DNA from: Negaprion brevirostris
Lineage: Eukaryota
NCBI GenBank assembly: GCA_030324005.1
Contig: JARDVH010000124.1
Coordinates: 47,512,262-47,576,261 of the forward strand
Reading direction: 5' to 3'
Length of the DNA stretch: 64,000 nucleotides
The notes under the pieces are model-generated. The model saw nothing but the letters and a program-made list of their open reading frames with translations. It was not told the DNA's origin and made no database searches. Below are positions 63,326 to 64,000 of the stretch, piece by piece; within the stretch, counting starts at the first letter, position 1, and each line of letters starts with the position of its first letter. The position numbers were made by a program, and so were the translations under genes.

Positions 63326-64000
63326 GTCTCAAGCCATTCCTGGATTCTCAATACGTCTCCCCTGCCAACACCAAATCTTTTCCATCTGGGAGTGGCCTCA
63401 GGTATCTCCTCTTATGCCATTTTTTGCACCTTTCTGAAAAGTTCTCTGACTACCAGACAATGAGGTTACTGGGCAGAGGTCGCAGCACCTAATGGGATTG
63501 TTGATTCTGTGTATTGGAAATGCCAAGGTCCCCTGGGTGTCCACTCTCAGGTGCACAGAATTCATGCAGCCCTTTTCCTTATAAGATAATGGCGGGAATT
63601 CAAGATACCAGAGAGTTTGGCCAAAACTGGGGAATATGCAAATACTGTCCTCTTTTGGTCAGAGCTGAGCACCTCTGATTCCAGCCTCCTGGGCAAGTCC
63701 AGGCATGTTCTTGCTCACTTCTGATCTGTCCATGTGTGTGTATTAAATTTGGCCTGCCCAAATTCCCATTAGGCCTGGCTGCTGTTCAGTTTAGATTGTC
63801 CAATTTTATATCTGGCCTAGCTTGTTCAGGCCAAGGACCATGTGTCCAAGTCTTTGCTGGATCCTCAATACGTCTCTGCTGCCAACATCAAATCTTTGCC
63901 AGCTGGGAGTGGCCTCAGGTATCTCTGCTTATCCCATTCTTTGCACCTTTCTGGAAAGTTCTCTGGCTTCCAGCCAGTGAGGTTACTGGACATGGGTCAC
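63326..64000. repeat. Direct repeat with ~517-bp period (tandem array start or local duplication)
   Basis: 63342-63483 aligns without gaps to 63859-64000 (e.g. CTGGGAGTGGCCTCAGGTATCTC, TTTGCACCTTTCTG, TGAGGTTACTGG). Confidence 0.85.

Overview
Vertebrate genomic DNA, almost certainly from a shark. It carries at least 15 HE1-type tRNA-derived V-SINEs, which are diagnostic of elasmobranchs. I found no host protein-coding exon, rRNA, true tRNA or CRISPR array. The window is a repeat-dense intronic or intergenic tract of decayed, heavily nested transposons: HE1 and several other SINE families, CR1, L2, Rex/Babar, one L1, Penelope, PIF/Harbinger fossils with their MITEs, and possible solo LTRs. A few AT-rich, TE-free islands look like candidate cis-regulatory elements. 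ORFs in the supplied track are either TE remnants or unrecognisable/spurious, and many run through N gaps. Fixed 10-N and 100-N gaps, several with duplicated flanks, indicate a draft linked/short-read assembly. Most interesting observations: V-SINEs with swapped LINE tails, palindromic Penelope-derived mini-elements carrying hammerhead-ribozyme relics, a four-level nested insertion with possible Penelope 3' transduction, and the start of a ~517-bp tandem repeat. I do not see a convincing wholly new biological system. Family names are from recognition, not database searches, and boundaries are approximate.
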